Shown here one piece after another: positions 1 to 8,862 of a stretch of DNA of 32,000 nt; position 1 is the stretch's first letter; each line of letters opens with the position of its first letter. The stretch spans positions 4,470,001-4,502,000 of the forward strand of contig NZ_CP074694.1 in the NCBI RefSeq assembly GCF_018398935.1. The letters are read 5' to 3'. The translations under genes were made by a program, and so were the position numbers. Source of the DNA: Telmatocola sphagniphila. GTDB lineage: Bacteria; Planctomycetota; Planctomycetia; Gemmatales; Gemmataceae. The notes beneath the pieces are model-generated. The model saw only the letters and a list, made by a program, of their open reading frames with translations, was not told the DNA's origin and did no database searches.

Positions 1-644
1 TCGCAGTTGCGTTCAACTCAGCTAATCCGGTCGTCTGGAAAGGGGGATCAGTACCGATCAACGTTACCGCGACGCGAATCGATGGCTTCAACGGTCCCAT
101 CCACTTCGCGCTCGAAAATCTTCCCGAAGGATTGGAAGCGCCGCCCAGTTCGATCGACCGCGAGCAATTGACGATGACCTTCCCGCTTTTTGCAAAATTG
201 TCGGCGAAGTTACCCGAGACTCCCGCGCTCAAGCCGCTGAAGCTCGTAGCCCGGGCCACCATCGATGGGCGGGAGGTTGTACGGGAATTCGTCGGAGGCC
301 CGCCAAAGCTGGCCGATGCCGGTGATATTGTTGCTACGACCAGCGTCAGCGAAGTCTCTCTCAAACCGGGACAAGAAACCCGGCTCGTAGTGAAAGTCGA
401 ACGACGTAACGGCTACGCGGGACGGATTCCGATCGAGGTTCGCGGCCTGCCGCACGGAGTCCGCGTGGAAAACATCGGGCTCAATGGCATCCTGATCACT
501 CCGGGGACTTCGGAGCGCGAGATCGTTTTGTTTGCGGAATCGTGGGTTCCCGAGCTGGAACATCCTTTGATAGTCCTCGCCCGCAACGAGTCGAAGGGTA
601 CGGATTATGGAGCCAAGCCGGTTATCCTGAAGGTCCGCAAATAA
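1..644 (+). CDS. 3' end of a larger ORF (5' end outside the window); hypothetical, probably envelope or secreted protein
   Basis: Frame 3 is open from base 3 (AVAFNSANPVVWKGGSVPINV...) and runs into track ORF 132..644, ending at TAA 642-644. The listed TTG at 132 is therefore internal. Sequence is beta-rich (RIPIEVRGLPHGVRVENIGLNGILITPG) with no catalytic motif recognised. Confidence 0.6.
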   Translation, partial: AVAFNSANPVVWKGGSVPINVTATRIDGFNGPIHFALENLPEGLEAPPSSIDREQLTMTFPLFAKLSAKLPETPALKPLKLVARATIDGREVVREFVGGPPKLADAGDIVATTSVSEVSLKPGQETRLVVKVERRNGYAGRIPIEVRGLPHGVRVENIGLNGILITPGTSEREIVLFAESWVPELEHPLIVLARNESKGTDYGAKPVILKVRK

Positions 645-873
645 GCGACGATTCGTTAATCGAGCGGTCCCTCCTGAGGAGACACTGGGAAAAATGTAAA
701 GCCGCTATCGTTTTGCCGGACGGGTAACCCTGCCAGCAAGTATCGCAGCTTCGGATGCGAGCGCGATAAATCTCATGAATCCGTTGGTCGACCCAATACA
801 GGCGGGAGCGTCATTACTTTCCGTTCTGGGCCACTCGATATTTGTTCTCCGCTCAGTTCATCGCGGGAATTCA

Positions 874-1377
874 CTAAAGTTTTCGAAACATAATTAGAGC
901 ATCGACAAAGCCTTTTTCGGGATGAGCGAATGCGCCAGGCAAGGTGCCAACGACTTCGAACCCGAGACTTGTCCATAGCCGGACTGCCCGGTCATTGGTG
1001 CTTATCACAAAATTGAATTGCATCGCCAGAAAGCCGCGGGATCGCGCGAACTCGAGTGAATGCAAACACATCTTGCGGGCCACTCCTTGTCCGCGCGCTT
1101 TCAGACAGGTCGCATAGCCGCAATTTGCGACATGAGAGCCGCCCCCCAGTTGGTTTGCTCTAAGAAAATAGGTCCCGAGAATTTTACCGTCTTCCTCAAC
1201 GACAAAAGTATCGTGATCCGATTTGGTCCAATAGGCGATTGCACTCTCTTGAGTCATCTCCGGAGGAAGTGCATAAAATTCACCGGCTCGTAGGATCGGT
1301 TTTAGGATCTCCCAGATTTGACTGAAGTCGTTTTGGCAGGCTGGCCTGAGGATCAAGCTGGGATTGTTCCGTTGCAT
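874..1377 (-). CDS. GNAT family N-acetyltransferase
   Basis: Track ORF 874..1434 begins at a TTG. The ATG at 1375-1377 gives MQRNNPSLILRPACQNDF..., a typical GNAT N-terminus and length. Acetyl-CoA motif-A-like ARGQGVARKMCLHSLEFARSRGF is present, and the C-terminal VGTLPGAF...G..DALIMFRKL is typical of the family. Confidence 0.8.
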   Translation of the reverse strand: MQRNNPSLILRPACQNDFSQIWEILKPILRAGEFYALPPEMTQESAIAYWTKSDHDTFVVEEDGKILGTYFLRANQLGGGSHVANCGYATCLKARGQGVARKMCLHSLEFARSRGFLAMQFNFVISTNDRAVRLWTSLGFEVVGTLPGAFAHPEKGFVDALIMFRKL

Positions 1378-1783
1378 AGCTCTGAAATCCGATTGCAATA
1401 TTCTTTCCGGGTAGTTTAGTTGGTCCGCCTGCAAATTACATCCAAGGCTCGCACGAAACGGCCCGCGACAAAATGTTGTACGACTGTCGAGAATGCCCCG
1501 AAAAGGTCGCTATCCCAGAGGCCTTCCCGGGTGCTCGAAAGCAATTTAAGGTCGAATCCGAGTTACATAGTGGAGTTTTTCAACCAGACATTTCTGTTAC
1601 TCCTACAGCAAGCAACGATGCTAAATCTCCTGCCCCGACCGACATGATAAACTGGACATCGCCATTCATTTCAGGTATAGAAAAAGAAATTCAAGCTTTC
1701 AGTCGGTACCCTCATTGTGGCCATTCGCAGACCGAAATCCTGCGGCCAAGTGAATCCAGTGATAATCCTAAAGGATCAGATCC

Positions 1784-3556
1784 ATGAGCAACCCATCGGA
1801 CCCTCATCATGTGTCGAGGCGGGAATTCAACAGCTTGACTGCCGGTACCTCGGCGGCGATGCTGTTTGGCACGGCAGCGGCCCGAGCGGAGCTGGAAGCG
1901 AAAGGCACTGCTGCTTTTTCGGAAGGCAAGAACGGTTTGAACATCCTGTTCCTCTTCACGGATCAGGAACGTTTTTTCCCCAAATGGCCCCGGGGCATGT
2001 CGCTGCCCGCTCACGAACGGCTGCAAAAAACCGGCACGACTTTCACCAACCACTACACCAGTGCCTGCATGTGCACGCCGTCGCGGTCGGTTCTGATGAC
2101 CGGTCTGCAAACGGCCGACAACAAGATGTTCGACAACTGCGATACCCCCTGGCAGAACAGTCTCTCTCCGACGGTGCCCACGATCGGCCATATGCTCCGC
2201 AAGGCGGGCTACTACACCGCTTATAAGGGGAAGTGGCACCTCAATCGGGAATTCGATTCGCATAACCCGACCAAGCTGTTCACTCGAGAAATGGAAGAAT
2301 ACGGTTTCGCCGATTACGCCTCGCCCGGCGATCTGGTCGGCCACGACCTGGGAGGATACCAGTTCGACCACTTGATCAGCGGCAGCGCAATCACCTGGCT
2401 CCGACGTCAGGGGCGGCCGCTTTCAGACGCCGGTAAGCCCTGGAGCCTGTTCGTCAGTCTGGTGAATCCGCACGATGTGATGTATTTCAACACCGATGCG
2501 CCCGGCCAGAAAACCCAGGACACGGGTAAACTCCTGAAACGAGCCACCCAAGCCCCCAATCACCCCATTTATAAGAAGAAATGGGACATGCCGGTGGCAA
2601 AAACGCTTCGAGAGCCACTCAATGCCCCGCATCGACCGAAGGCCCACGGCGAGTTTCTGAAGATGTGGGACTATGTGCTGGGCCACATACCTCTCGAAGA
2701 AGAGCGCTGGCGCCGTTTCAACGACTTTTACCTCAATTCGATTCGCTCCGTCGACATCCAGCTGCAGAACATCCTCAATGAGCTCGATGCGCTGGGTCTG
2801 GCCGAGCGGACGATCATCCTGTTCACTTCCGACCATGGGGAAATGGCCGGCGGGCACGGCCTGCGCGGCAAGGGTCCGTTTGCCTATGAGGAAGCCACTC
2901 ATATTCCGTTCTTCGTCGTTCACCCCGATGTCAAAGGCGGACAGTCGTGCAAAGCTTTGTCCAGTCATATCGACGTGGTGCCGACACTCCTGTCCATGGC
3001 GGGCCTATCCGCAACAAAACGGAGTGAAGTGGCAGGCCGCGACCTTCCGGGGAAGGACCTCTCACCCGTGCTGGCGAAGGGAGCCGAGGCGAGTATCACC
3101 GAATCGCGCGAGGGTGTGCTGTTCGCCTACAGCGCGCTGTGCACCAACGATTCGACGTTGCTCAAAGTTGCTGGGGAAGCCCTCGCGGCGAACCGCTCCC
3201 CCAAAGAGGAGTTGGAAAAAGCCGGTTACAAACCCGATCTGAGGAAACGCGGAAGTGTTCGAACCGTATTTGATGGGCGTTATAAATTCTCGCGCTATTT
3301 CGCCCCTATCGAGCGCAACCACCCGACCACGCTCGATGAACTTTACAAATCGAATGACGTGGAACTTTTCGATCACCAATCCGATCCCGAGGAAGTTATC
3401 AATCTGGCGGCCGATCGCGAGAAGAACGCCGCGCTGCTTCTGGCCATGAGTGCCAAGCTCGAAGCAGTGATCAAAGCCGAGATCGGGAAGGACGATGGCC
3501 GCGAGATGCCGGAAATTCCGAAAGTCTCCTGGTATCTCGATACCGCTGATCTATAG
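1784..3556 (+). CDS. Type I sulfatase (arylsulfatase family), Tat-exported
   Basis: Twin-arginine signal SRREFNSLTAGTSAAMLFGTAAARA. Formylglycine signature C-T-P-S-R lies in SACMCTPSRSVLMTG. Also YKGKWHL and FTSDHGEMAG motifs. 590 aa. Confidence 0.9.
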   Translation: MSNPSDPHHVSRREFNSLTAGTSAAMLFGTAAARAELEAKGTAAFSEGKNGLNILFLFTDQERFFPKWPRGMSLPAHERLQKTGTTFTNHYTSACMCTPSRSVLMTGLQTADNKMFDNCDTPWQNSLSPTVPTIGHMLRKAGYYTAYKGKWHLNREFDSHNPTKLFTREMEEYGFADYASPGDLVGHDLGGYQFDHLISGSAITWLRRQGRPLSDAGKPWSLFVSLVNPHDVMYFNTDAPGQKTQDTGKLLKRATQAPNHPIYKKKWDMPVAKTLREPLNAPHRPKAHGEFLKMWDYVLGHIPLEEERWRRFNDFYLNSIRSVDIQLQNILNELDALGLAERTIILFTSDHGEMAGGHGLRGKGPFAYEEATHIPFFVVHPDVKGGQSCKALSSHIDVVPTLLSMAGLSATKRSEVAGRDLPGKDLSPVLAKGAEASITESREGVLFAYSALCTNDSTLLKVAGEALAANRSPKEELEKAGYKPDLRKRGSVRTVFDGRYKFSRYFAPIERNHPTTLDELYKSNDVELFDHQSDPEEVINLAADREKNAALLLAMSAKLEAVIKAEIGKDDGREMPEIPKVSWYLDTADL

Positions 3557-3944
3557 GAGAAGCTGGTTGCCATCGCAGGCCGGATCGATTCGGGACCTGG
3601 CCGTACAGGTGAGTGGCGGGGCGGATCAATTTCCCGGCTCACGATGGGCTTGCTGTAGGCACCGGATAGCTCGGCTTACTTCGGCGGCTCCTAGCGGAAA
3701 AATACCGCTAGTCGTCCTGCGAGCTACTTGACACCCGCTTCCCAATTAGGTTCCATAAGACGCTGAAAGCCTGGAACCAAGTCGCCTCCGAGAATCGACT
3801 TTTTGCACAATTGGAAGGATTTTCCGTTCTTCTGTCGATTTCCTCCAGTTTCATTCGACTGAATGTGGAATCGACCTTCCGCGTTCGCCACTGCACGTGC
3901 AGTTAGCCTCGGCTGGGACTCTGATTCAATAGAGGATAATCGAC

Positions 3945-4463
3945 ATGGTAGTTTTTCTGAAAGCCCTGCTGATCGGTGTTGCCCTTCTCCACCTATCACT
4001 ACCTGCCCAGGCTCAGGAACCGCAGAAGCCGAGTAAAGATCAGGAATACCTCAAGCGACTCGTGGGGAGTTGGAGCGCAGATTCCGAAAACGGGAAAGGG
4101 ACGATGATTTACAAGATGGAATTGGGCGGTCTTTGGCTGATGGGAGACTTCGAGGGAGAATTTGGCGGCTTCAAGTTTCAAGGGAAAAGCCTCGAGAGTT
4201 ACGACTCGGCGACGAAGAAATACCGGAGTGTTTGGGTAGACTCTTTCTCCACCCAGCCCAGAATTATGGAAGGTGATCTCGACAAGGAGGGCAAGATCAT
4301 GACCCTGACCGGAACCGGCCGAGGTGCGGACCAGAAGACCGTGAATTATAAGTCGGTTACTGAGATCAAAAATGACGATACGGTGAACTATAGCCTGTTC
4401 CTGGTTGATAAAGACGGTAAGGAACTGCCGATGGTTAAGCTCACCTATAAAAGGAAAAAGTGA
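3945..4463 (+). CDS. Small secreted protein, DUF1579-like
   Basis: Signal peptide MVVFLKALLIGVALLHLSLPAQA. The size (172 aa) and the pattern LVGSWS...MELGGLWLMGDFEGE...KYRSVWVDSFST resemble DUF1579 proteins. The family assignment is from memory. Confidence 0.65.
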   Translation: MVVFLKALLIGVALLHLSLPAQAQEPQKPSKDQEYLKRLVGSWSADSENGKGTMIYKMELGGLWLMGDFEGEFGGFKFQGKSLESYDSATKKYRSVWVDSFSTQPRIMEGDLDKEGKIMTLTGTGRGADQKTVNYKSVTEIKNDDTVNYSLFLVDKDGKELPMVKLTYKRKK

Positions 4464-4647
4464 GTTCGCACGCCGGAGAGTTTATTCCTTGCGACCTGAA
4501 TCCCTATCCGGCCAATACACAGATTTAAAACGGCGTTATGGCAACACCTACGGACAGAGCTGGGATAGCGCGAAATCCATTGAATATCGGCCACCCCAAC
4601 TGGGTGGAATACTTTCCCACTCCCTTCGCAAGGCGGAGGGAAATTCC

Positions 4648-5214
4648 ATGCAAACCATCAAACTCACCGACGGCGGGATTCTGCTTTACAAAGAGGCATT
4701 CATCCCGCACGACATGGCGGATCGCTACTTCGCTGAGCTTCGGGATCATTCTGCCTGGGAACAAAAACCGGGGATATTTGGTTACCTGCAGCCCCGACTG
4801 ATCGCCGCGTACGGAGAACCCGGCCTCGTCTATCGCTACTCCGGCCGAGACAACGTCGCTTTGCCCTGGACACCCACACTTCTGGAGATCAAGCAGAAGA
4901 TCGAGTCCATCGAGGGGCAGTATAATTACTGTCTGCTGAATCGTTACAGCTCCGGGCAGGACAGCATGGGCTTGCACGCCGACGATGAGCCGGAGGTGGG
5001 CCACATCATCGGCTCGCTATCACTGGGGGCAACCCGAACGTTTCGAATCAAGCACAATGAATCGAAAGAAACGATGAACTTCCCCGTCGGTCACGGTACG
5101 CTGATAATCATGGCAGGGACCATGCAACAGTTTTGGAAGCATGAAATCCCGAAAACGAAGCGACCTGTCGGCGAGCGGATCAATCTGACTTATCGACAGA
5201 TTATTCGAGAGTGA
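4648..5214 (+). CDS. alkB: AlkB-like Fe(II)/2-oxoglutarate-dependent dioxygenase (alkylated nucleic-acid repair)
   Basis: The ATG at 4648 gives [18 protein letters not shown]..., whereas the track ORF starts at 4405 and overlaps the previous gene. HxD motif in GLHADDEP, distal His in FWKHEIP, and the 2OG-binding RINLTYR. Confidence 0.85.
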   Translation: MQTIKLTDGGILLYKEAFIPHDMADRYFAELRDHSAWEQKPGIFGYLQPRLIAAYGEPGLVYRYSGRDNVALPWTPTLLEIKQKIESIEGQYNYCLLNRYSSGQDSMGLHADDEPEVGHIIGSLSLGATRTFRIKHNESKETMNFPVGHGTLIIMAGTMQQFWKHEIPKTKRPVGERINLTYRQIIRE

Positions 5215-5693
5215 ACCCACCCATGCCCCGAGTGAGTGCCGGCCTGCTGATGTATCGCTTCCGAGAGGGGAAGTTGCAAGTGCTCCTGGCTCACCCCGGC
5301 GGTCCTCTCTATCGAACCAAGGACGAGGGCCACTGGTCGATACCCAAAGGGGAAATCGAGCCGGGTGAACATCTGCTCGAGGCCGCGCAGCGAGAATTTC
5401 GGGAAGAAACCGGCATTACACCAACCGGGCCATTCGTGGAATTGTCGTCAATCAAACAAAAAGGGGGCAAGATCGTCCACGCCTGGGCATTTGCGGGCGA
5501 CTGCGATCCGAACGTTATTCAGAGCAATACGTTTACGATGGAATGGCCTCCCAAATCGGGTCGGACGAAGGAATTTCCCGAAATCGATCGGGCAGATTTT
5601 TTCAGCGTGGAAGAGGCTCGCCTTAAGATTAAGGCCGCTCAAATGCCGCTGGTGGAAGCGCTGCAGCGAATCCTGGAATCGGTTGAAGCATGA
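5211..5693 (+). CDS. NUDIX hydrolase (COG4119-like small NTP pyrophosphohydrolase)
   Basis: Complete Nudix box [23 protein letters not shown] (G-x5-E-x7-R-E-U-x-E-E-x-G-U). The GTG at 5211 overlaps the alkB stop (GTGA). An alternative ATG lies at 5223. Confidence 0.85.
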   Translation: MNPPMPRVSAGLLMYRFREGKLQVLLAHPGGPLYRTKDEGHWSIPKGEIEPGEHLLEAAQREFREETGITPTGPFVELSSIKQKGGKIVHAWAFAGDCDPNVIQSNTFTMEWPPKSGRTKEFPEIDRADFFSVEEARLKIKAAQMPLVEALQRILESVEA

Positions 5694-5947
5694 ACTTCCA
5701 CTCGCTCCCGGAAATATTCACTTTTTTCAAGGCCCTCATCAGGGGACGGCCGTCTCCAACCGCTTCCCGGGCATGATTCTGGTGTTGTTCAGTTACGCCT
5801 GCCTGGCCGCGATCGCGGACATGCGTCAGATCGCCAGTACCTTCCTCCCCAGGCCAAAGAGGATCGAGCGGCGGATCGAGCCATGATCTTCCAGCTTGCC
5901 TCGAGCCGACGCATACGTTCACCGGTGTCGGCCCTTACTCCGCGTGG

Positions 5948-6571
5948 TTGACAGTGAAGAATGATTGCGGAGGCGAATCTTCCGAAACGATCAATCTCTG
6001 TATTCCGCCATCGATCACCAGCGTCTCCGTGTCCGTGGACGGCTACAAGGTGATCGCGTTCGTGAACACCCTCGGCGATTACGAAGCTTTCACGATTGAT
6101 TGGAACGATGGCTCGCCACCCACCAACGCTGGCCTCGTGCAGATTCACACCTATCCGCCGATGCCGAGATCTTACACCATCACGGTCACTTTGAGCGGCT
6201 GTGGCAGTAGCGTCTGCACCTGCGACAAATACGACCGCGACTTGCCCTGGCCCGAACAGAAGGCCTGGGCGTGCAAGTTCTGCTTTCTCTATCACACACG
6301 GGAGTGCCTCCAGGGAGCCTGGGAGGTCAACCCGCTGGATCCGCCGGCCGCTCCGGAATCGAAGCCCAAGCGGATTGCTCTGACGCAGTGCGACTACCTG
6401 GGCAAGGTGATCGAGAAGACCGACGCCGGCGGCTTCGAATGCAGCTGCCAGGGGAAGTGGTTGCGCAAGTGTCGGCTGCATGGAGAGTGTCGATTGACGC
6501 AGGAGTCAGACGTGCCCGACTGTGCCTCCTGCGACGACAATACACTCCTACCTAAGAACCGGCGGAGCTGA
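5948..6571 (+). CDS. PKD-like beta-sandwich plus Cys-rich C-terminal module; 5' boundary unresolved, probably a truncated gene remnant
   Basis: The PKD end-motif HTFTGVGPYSAWLTVKNDCGG spans 5912-5974, upstream of the listed TTG start. A second PKD-like unit is FTIDWNDGSPP...IHTYPPMPRSYTITVTLSG. It is followed by 13 Cys in the last ~120 aa, including C-x-Y-L-G...C-x-C-x-G...C-x2-H-G-x-C...C-x2-C. No convincing start or signal peptide is present in this frame. Confidence 0.5.
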   Translation: MTVKNDCGGESSETINLCIPPSITSVSVSVDGYKVIAFVNTLGDYEAFTIDWNDGSPPTNAGLVQIHTYPPMPRSYTITVTLSGCGSSVCTCDKYDRDLPWPEQKAWACKFCFLYHTRECLQGAWEVNPLDPPAAPESKPKRIALTQCDYLGKVIEKTDAGGFECSCQGKWLRKCRLHGECRLTQESDVPDCASCDDNTLLPKNRRS

Positions 6572-6801
6572 TCGCCGAAGCAGATCGGCAAAGGGATGAA
6601 GGTTCGCGAAATTCGGCGGAGAGTTGAGGTGGGTCAGGCGGTTAGATGATCAAAGTGAGAACGAAAGTAGCACCCTGATCTTCAGGAACTGGAAGTTTGA
6701 GATTTATCAATCGGATGCAAAAGTCAACGACTTTTGAATGGATCGCTCTTGTAACTCCTATAACAGAATTGTCTTCGCCAGCTAGTGCCAGGAAGCCTCG
6801 C

Positions 6802-7072
6802 ATGTGGAAGCGCCTAAATAAAACAATACGTCCATTTCTACCGGTCGTAATTCTCCTGGCCTCATTTTTGTTCTGTTGTGGTTTGCCATTACATACTTAC
6901 GATCACCTTCAAATGGATGATCGTCCAGAACTGATATATCACCGTTTTGAGTCATCAATCCAGGATTATGGAAAGAGACTTGCGGCTGATGAAGTGTACT
7001 TTGAAGAAACCCGAGGATATGTAATCCCCTCTTCTTTGATCTATTACGGAGCGAGATACTGTAAAAAGAAAG
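6802..7072 (+). pseudogene. 5' part of a small membrane-anchored hypothetical gene interrupted by IS66 insertion
   Basis: MWKRLNKTIRPFLPVVILLASFLFCCGLPLH... has basic residues followed by a TM helix. Track ORF 6697..7092 continues 20 nt into the IS left end, which supplies the last codons and the stop. Earlier starts at 6697 or 6715 are possible. Confidence 0.7.
7065..7072. repeat. Target-site duplication (left copy) AAAGAAAG
   Basis: Identical 8-mer directly outside both IS termini (7065-7072 and 8598-8605). Identity extends 2 nt further (GA), so the boundary is ambiguous by up to 2 nt. An 8-bp TSD is the IS66-family hallmark. Confidence 0.85.
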
Positions 7073-8597
7073 GAAACCTTTCACTTCCCTGAACTGGTCT
7101 TGCGCGAGGGATTGCGATTTGCTATCACTTCGTCATGGCTTCTGCGATTCCAACTTCGACGGAAACTCCCGTTCTCGATCCCGCTTTCCTTTTAGCGTTC
7201 CGAAGCGGAAAGCTGACGTCGGAACAAGCTCGGGAATTCGTTCATCGAGATCCCCTGGAATTGCAGTTTCTGTTGCTCCAACTGAGCGTCGCGGTCGCTG
7301 CAGGCACGATACCTCTGGGGCCAAACACTCCCTCGGGATCCATCGCTCCCTACTTAAAGCCGAATGCGAATCCCAAGAAAAAGAAGGGAAAAGCCGGCCC
7401 CAAGCCTGGACACGACGGTCATTATCGCCCAATTCCCACCCGCATCGATAAACGCCAGACCCACCAACTGGAGGTCTGTCCCTGCTGCCAGGGAGCTCTG
7501 CAACGCACCGACCGCCAACGCCTAAGGATCATCGAAGATATTCCCGACGATTTGCACGCTCAGACGACCGAACACACGATTCATCGCGACTGGTGTCCCA
7601 AGTGCAAAAAGCAGGTCGAACCGGTTGTTCCCGACGCTCTGCCAGGCTGTCAGCTGGGCCATCGAACTACGGTCCTGTCGGCCTGGCTGCACTACGGACT
7701 GGGTACCACGACGAGTCAGATCCTGGAGGTCTTCAACGGCCACCTTCAGATGAAACTCAGCGCGGGCGGCTTGACCGAAATCTGGCACCGTCTGGCCGAA
7801 GTACTCGAACCCTGGTACGAGCAGATTCACCGCGAATGCCTTTTGGCCGGCGTCCTGCACGCCGATGAGACCGGCTGGCGAACCGAAGGAGTGACGTCCT
7901 GGCTGTGGTGTTTTGCGCGGGACGATGCGACCTATTATCGGATTCACCCCAAGCGGGGTCACGAGGCCTTGAAGGTCTTCTTCACGGAAGCCTTCCAGGG
8001 CGTTCTGGTCAGCGACTTCTGGAAAGCGTACGACATCGTGACCCAGAAGCGTCAGAAGTGTTGGCCTCACTTGTTGCGGGATTTGACGGCGGTCGATGAA
8101 GGCTCTGAAAGCGGCGAGGATTGGCCAGAATTCTGCAAGAAACTGTGGCGGATTTACGCCGATGCCGTGCGTTTGGAGGCGGGTATCGAAGAGTTGCAAC
8201 AGGAGAGCTACGACAGCCGATTGCTGCGGCTTAAGACGCGGATCACCGATTTGGCGGTGCGACCGTGGACGAACCGCCACGCCCGGAGATTGGCCAAGCG
8301 TTTGTTCGATTACGGCGACGATCTATTAACGTTTCTGGAAATAGAGGGAGTGCCCAAGAGCAACAATAAGGGGGAGCGAGAAATCCGACCGGGCGTGATG
8401 ATGCGGAAAGTCAGTTTCGGCAGTTACAGCCAGCAGGGGGCTCGGACGCGAAGCATTCTGATGAGCATTTATCGCACCCTGAAGTTACGGGACCTGGATC
8501 CTTTAAAGGAGACCGAATCGGCCCTCCGCACCTACACGCTTACAGGGAAACTACCTGCTCTACCCGTGAAGCTCAGTTCAGGAGAGTGAAAGATTAC
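7073..8597 (+). mobile_element. IS66-family insertion sequence, single-ORF (ISBst12-like) type, apparently intact (~1.5 kb)
   Basis: Imperfect terminal inverted repeats: 7073-7101 GAAACCTTTCACTTCCCTGAACTGGTCTT versus the reverse complement of 8569-8597, GTAATCTTTCACTCTCCTGAACTGAGCTT (23/29 match). Flanked by an 8-bp direct repeat. Contains one full-length transposase ORF. Confidence 0.9.
7135..8589 (+). CDS. IS66 family transposase (TnpC-type DDE)
   Basis: 484 aa. Zinc-finger pairs CPCCQGAL...CPKCKKQV, the DDE-region motif LHADETGW, and the C-terminal SNNKGEREIRPGVMMRKVSFGS motif typical of IS66 transposases. Confidence 0.92.
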   Translation: MASAIPTSTETPVLDPAFLLAFRSGKLTSEQAREFVHRDPLELQFLLLQLSVAVAAGTIPLGPNTPSGSIAPYLKPNANPKKKKGKAGPKPGHDGHYRPIPTRIDKRQTHQLEVCPCCQGALQRTDRQRLRIIEDIPDDLHAQTTEHTIHRDWCPKCKKQVEPVVPDALPGCQLGHRTTVLSAWLHYGLGTTTSQILEVFNGHLQMKLSAGGLTEIWHRLAEVLEPWYEQIHRECLLAGVLHADETGWRTEGVTSWLWCFARDDATYYRIHPKRGHEALKVFFTEAFQGVLVSDFWKAYDIVTQKRQKCWPHLLRDLTAVDEGSESGEDWPEFCKKLWRIYADAVRLEAGIEELQQESYDSRLLRLKTRITDLAVRPWTNRHARRLAKRLFDYGDDLLTFLEIEGVPKSNNKGEREIRPGVMMRKVSFGSYSQQGARTRSILMSIYRTLKLRDLDPLKETESALRTYTLTGKLPALPVKLSSGE

Positions 8598-8605
8598 AAA
8601 GAAAG
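8598..8605. repeat. Target-site duplication (right copy) AAAGAAAG
   Basis: See 7065-7072. Confidence 0.85.
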
Positions 8606-8796
8606 GAGGCTGTTTTTGCATATTTTTCGGATACACTTTTGATGATCCTGTTCCGGAATTGTGGTTTTGCCCGAACGGATTAAATCCTCTACCTGAGGAA
8701 ATCACAGAAGCCAAGCGGCGATACCGAATTCTAAATTGGACTCAACATTCTCCACAGTGGGTGTCGTTCTATAGGGGAGATTTGAAGCCGAATTAG
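8606..8796 (+). pseudogene. 3' part of the gene interrupted by the IS66 element
   Basis: After removing 7073-8605, the frame continues without a stop as GGCFCIFFGYTFDDPVPELWFCPNGLNPLPEEITEAKRRYRILNWTQHSPQWVSFYRGDLKPN to TAG 8794-8796. It has no start codon of its own, so it is absent from the ORF track. Confidence 0.7.
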
Positions 8797-8862
8797 GCGG
8801 AGTGAGTTGGACCCGTGATGGATGGCCCTCGTGTAGAGTGCACTACTCTTTCAATTAAAGTT

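Noticed and set aside
1712-2371. Long antisense or alternative-frame ORFs inside real genes (for example 1712..2371-, 2423..2968-, 5789..6481-, 7522..8280-, 10622..11233+, 25273..25788+)
   Set aside because: Their translations are Arg/Gly/Pro-rich with no motifs, and they overlap ORFs that carry clear family signatures. These are typical shadow ORFs of GC-rich coding DNA.
4405-4647. An 81-codon N-terminal extension of the AlkB ORF
   Set aside because: It overlaps the 3' end of the DUF1579 gene and its sequence is not protein-like. The conserved AlkB fold begins at the ATG at 4648.
5774-5776. In-frame TGA as a selenocysteine or programmed read-through codon
   Set aside because: The only nearby structure is the short palindrome CCGCGATCGCGG ~30 nt downstream, which is not a convincing SECIS-like hairpin. 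The flanking translation is low-complexity, and TGA serves as an ordinary stop for many genes here. Pseudogenisation or truncation is more parsimonious.
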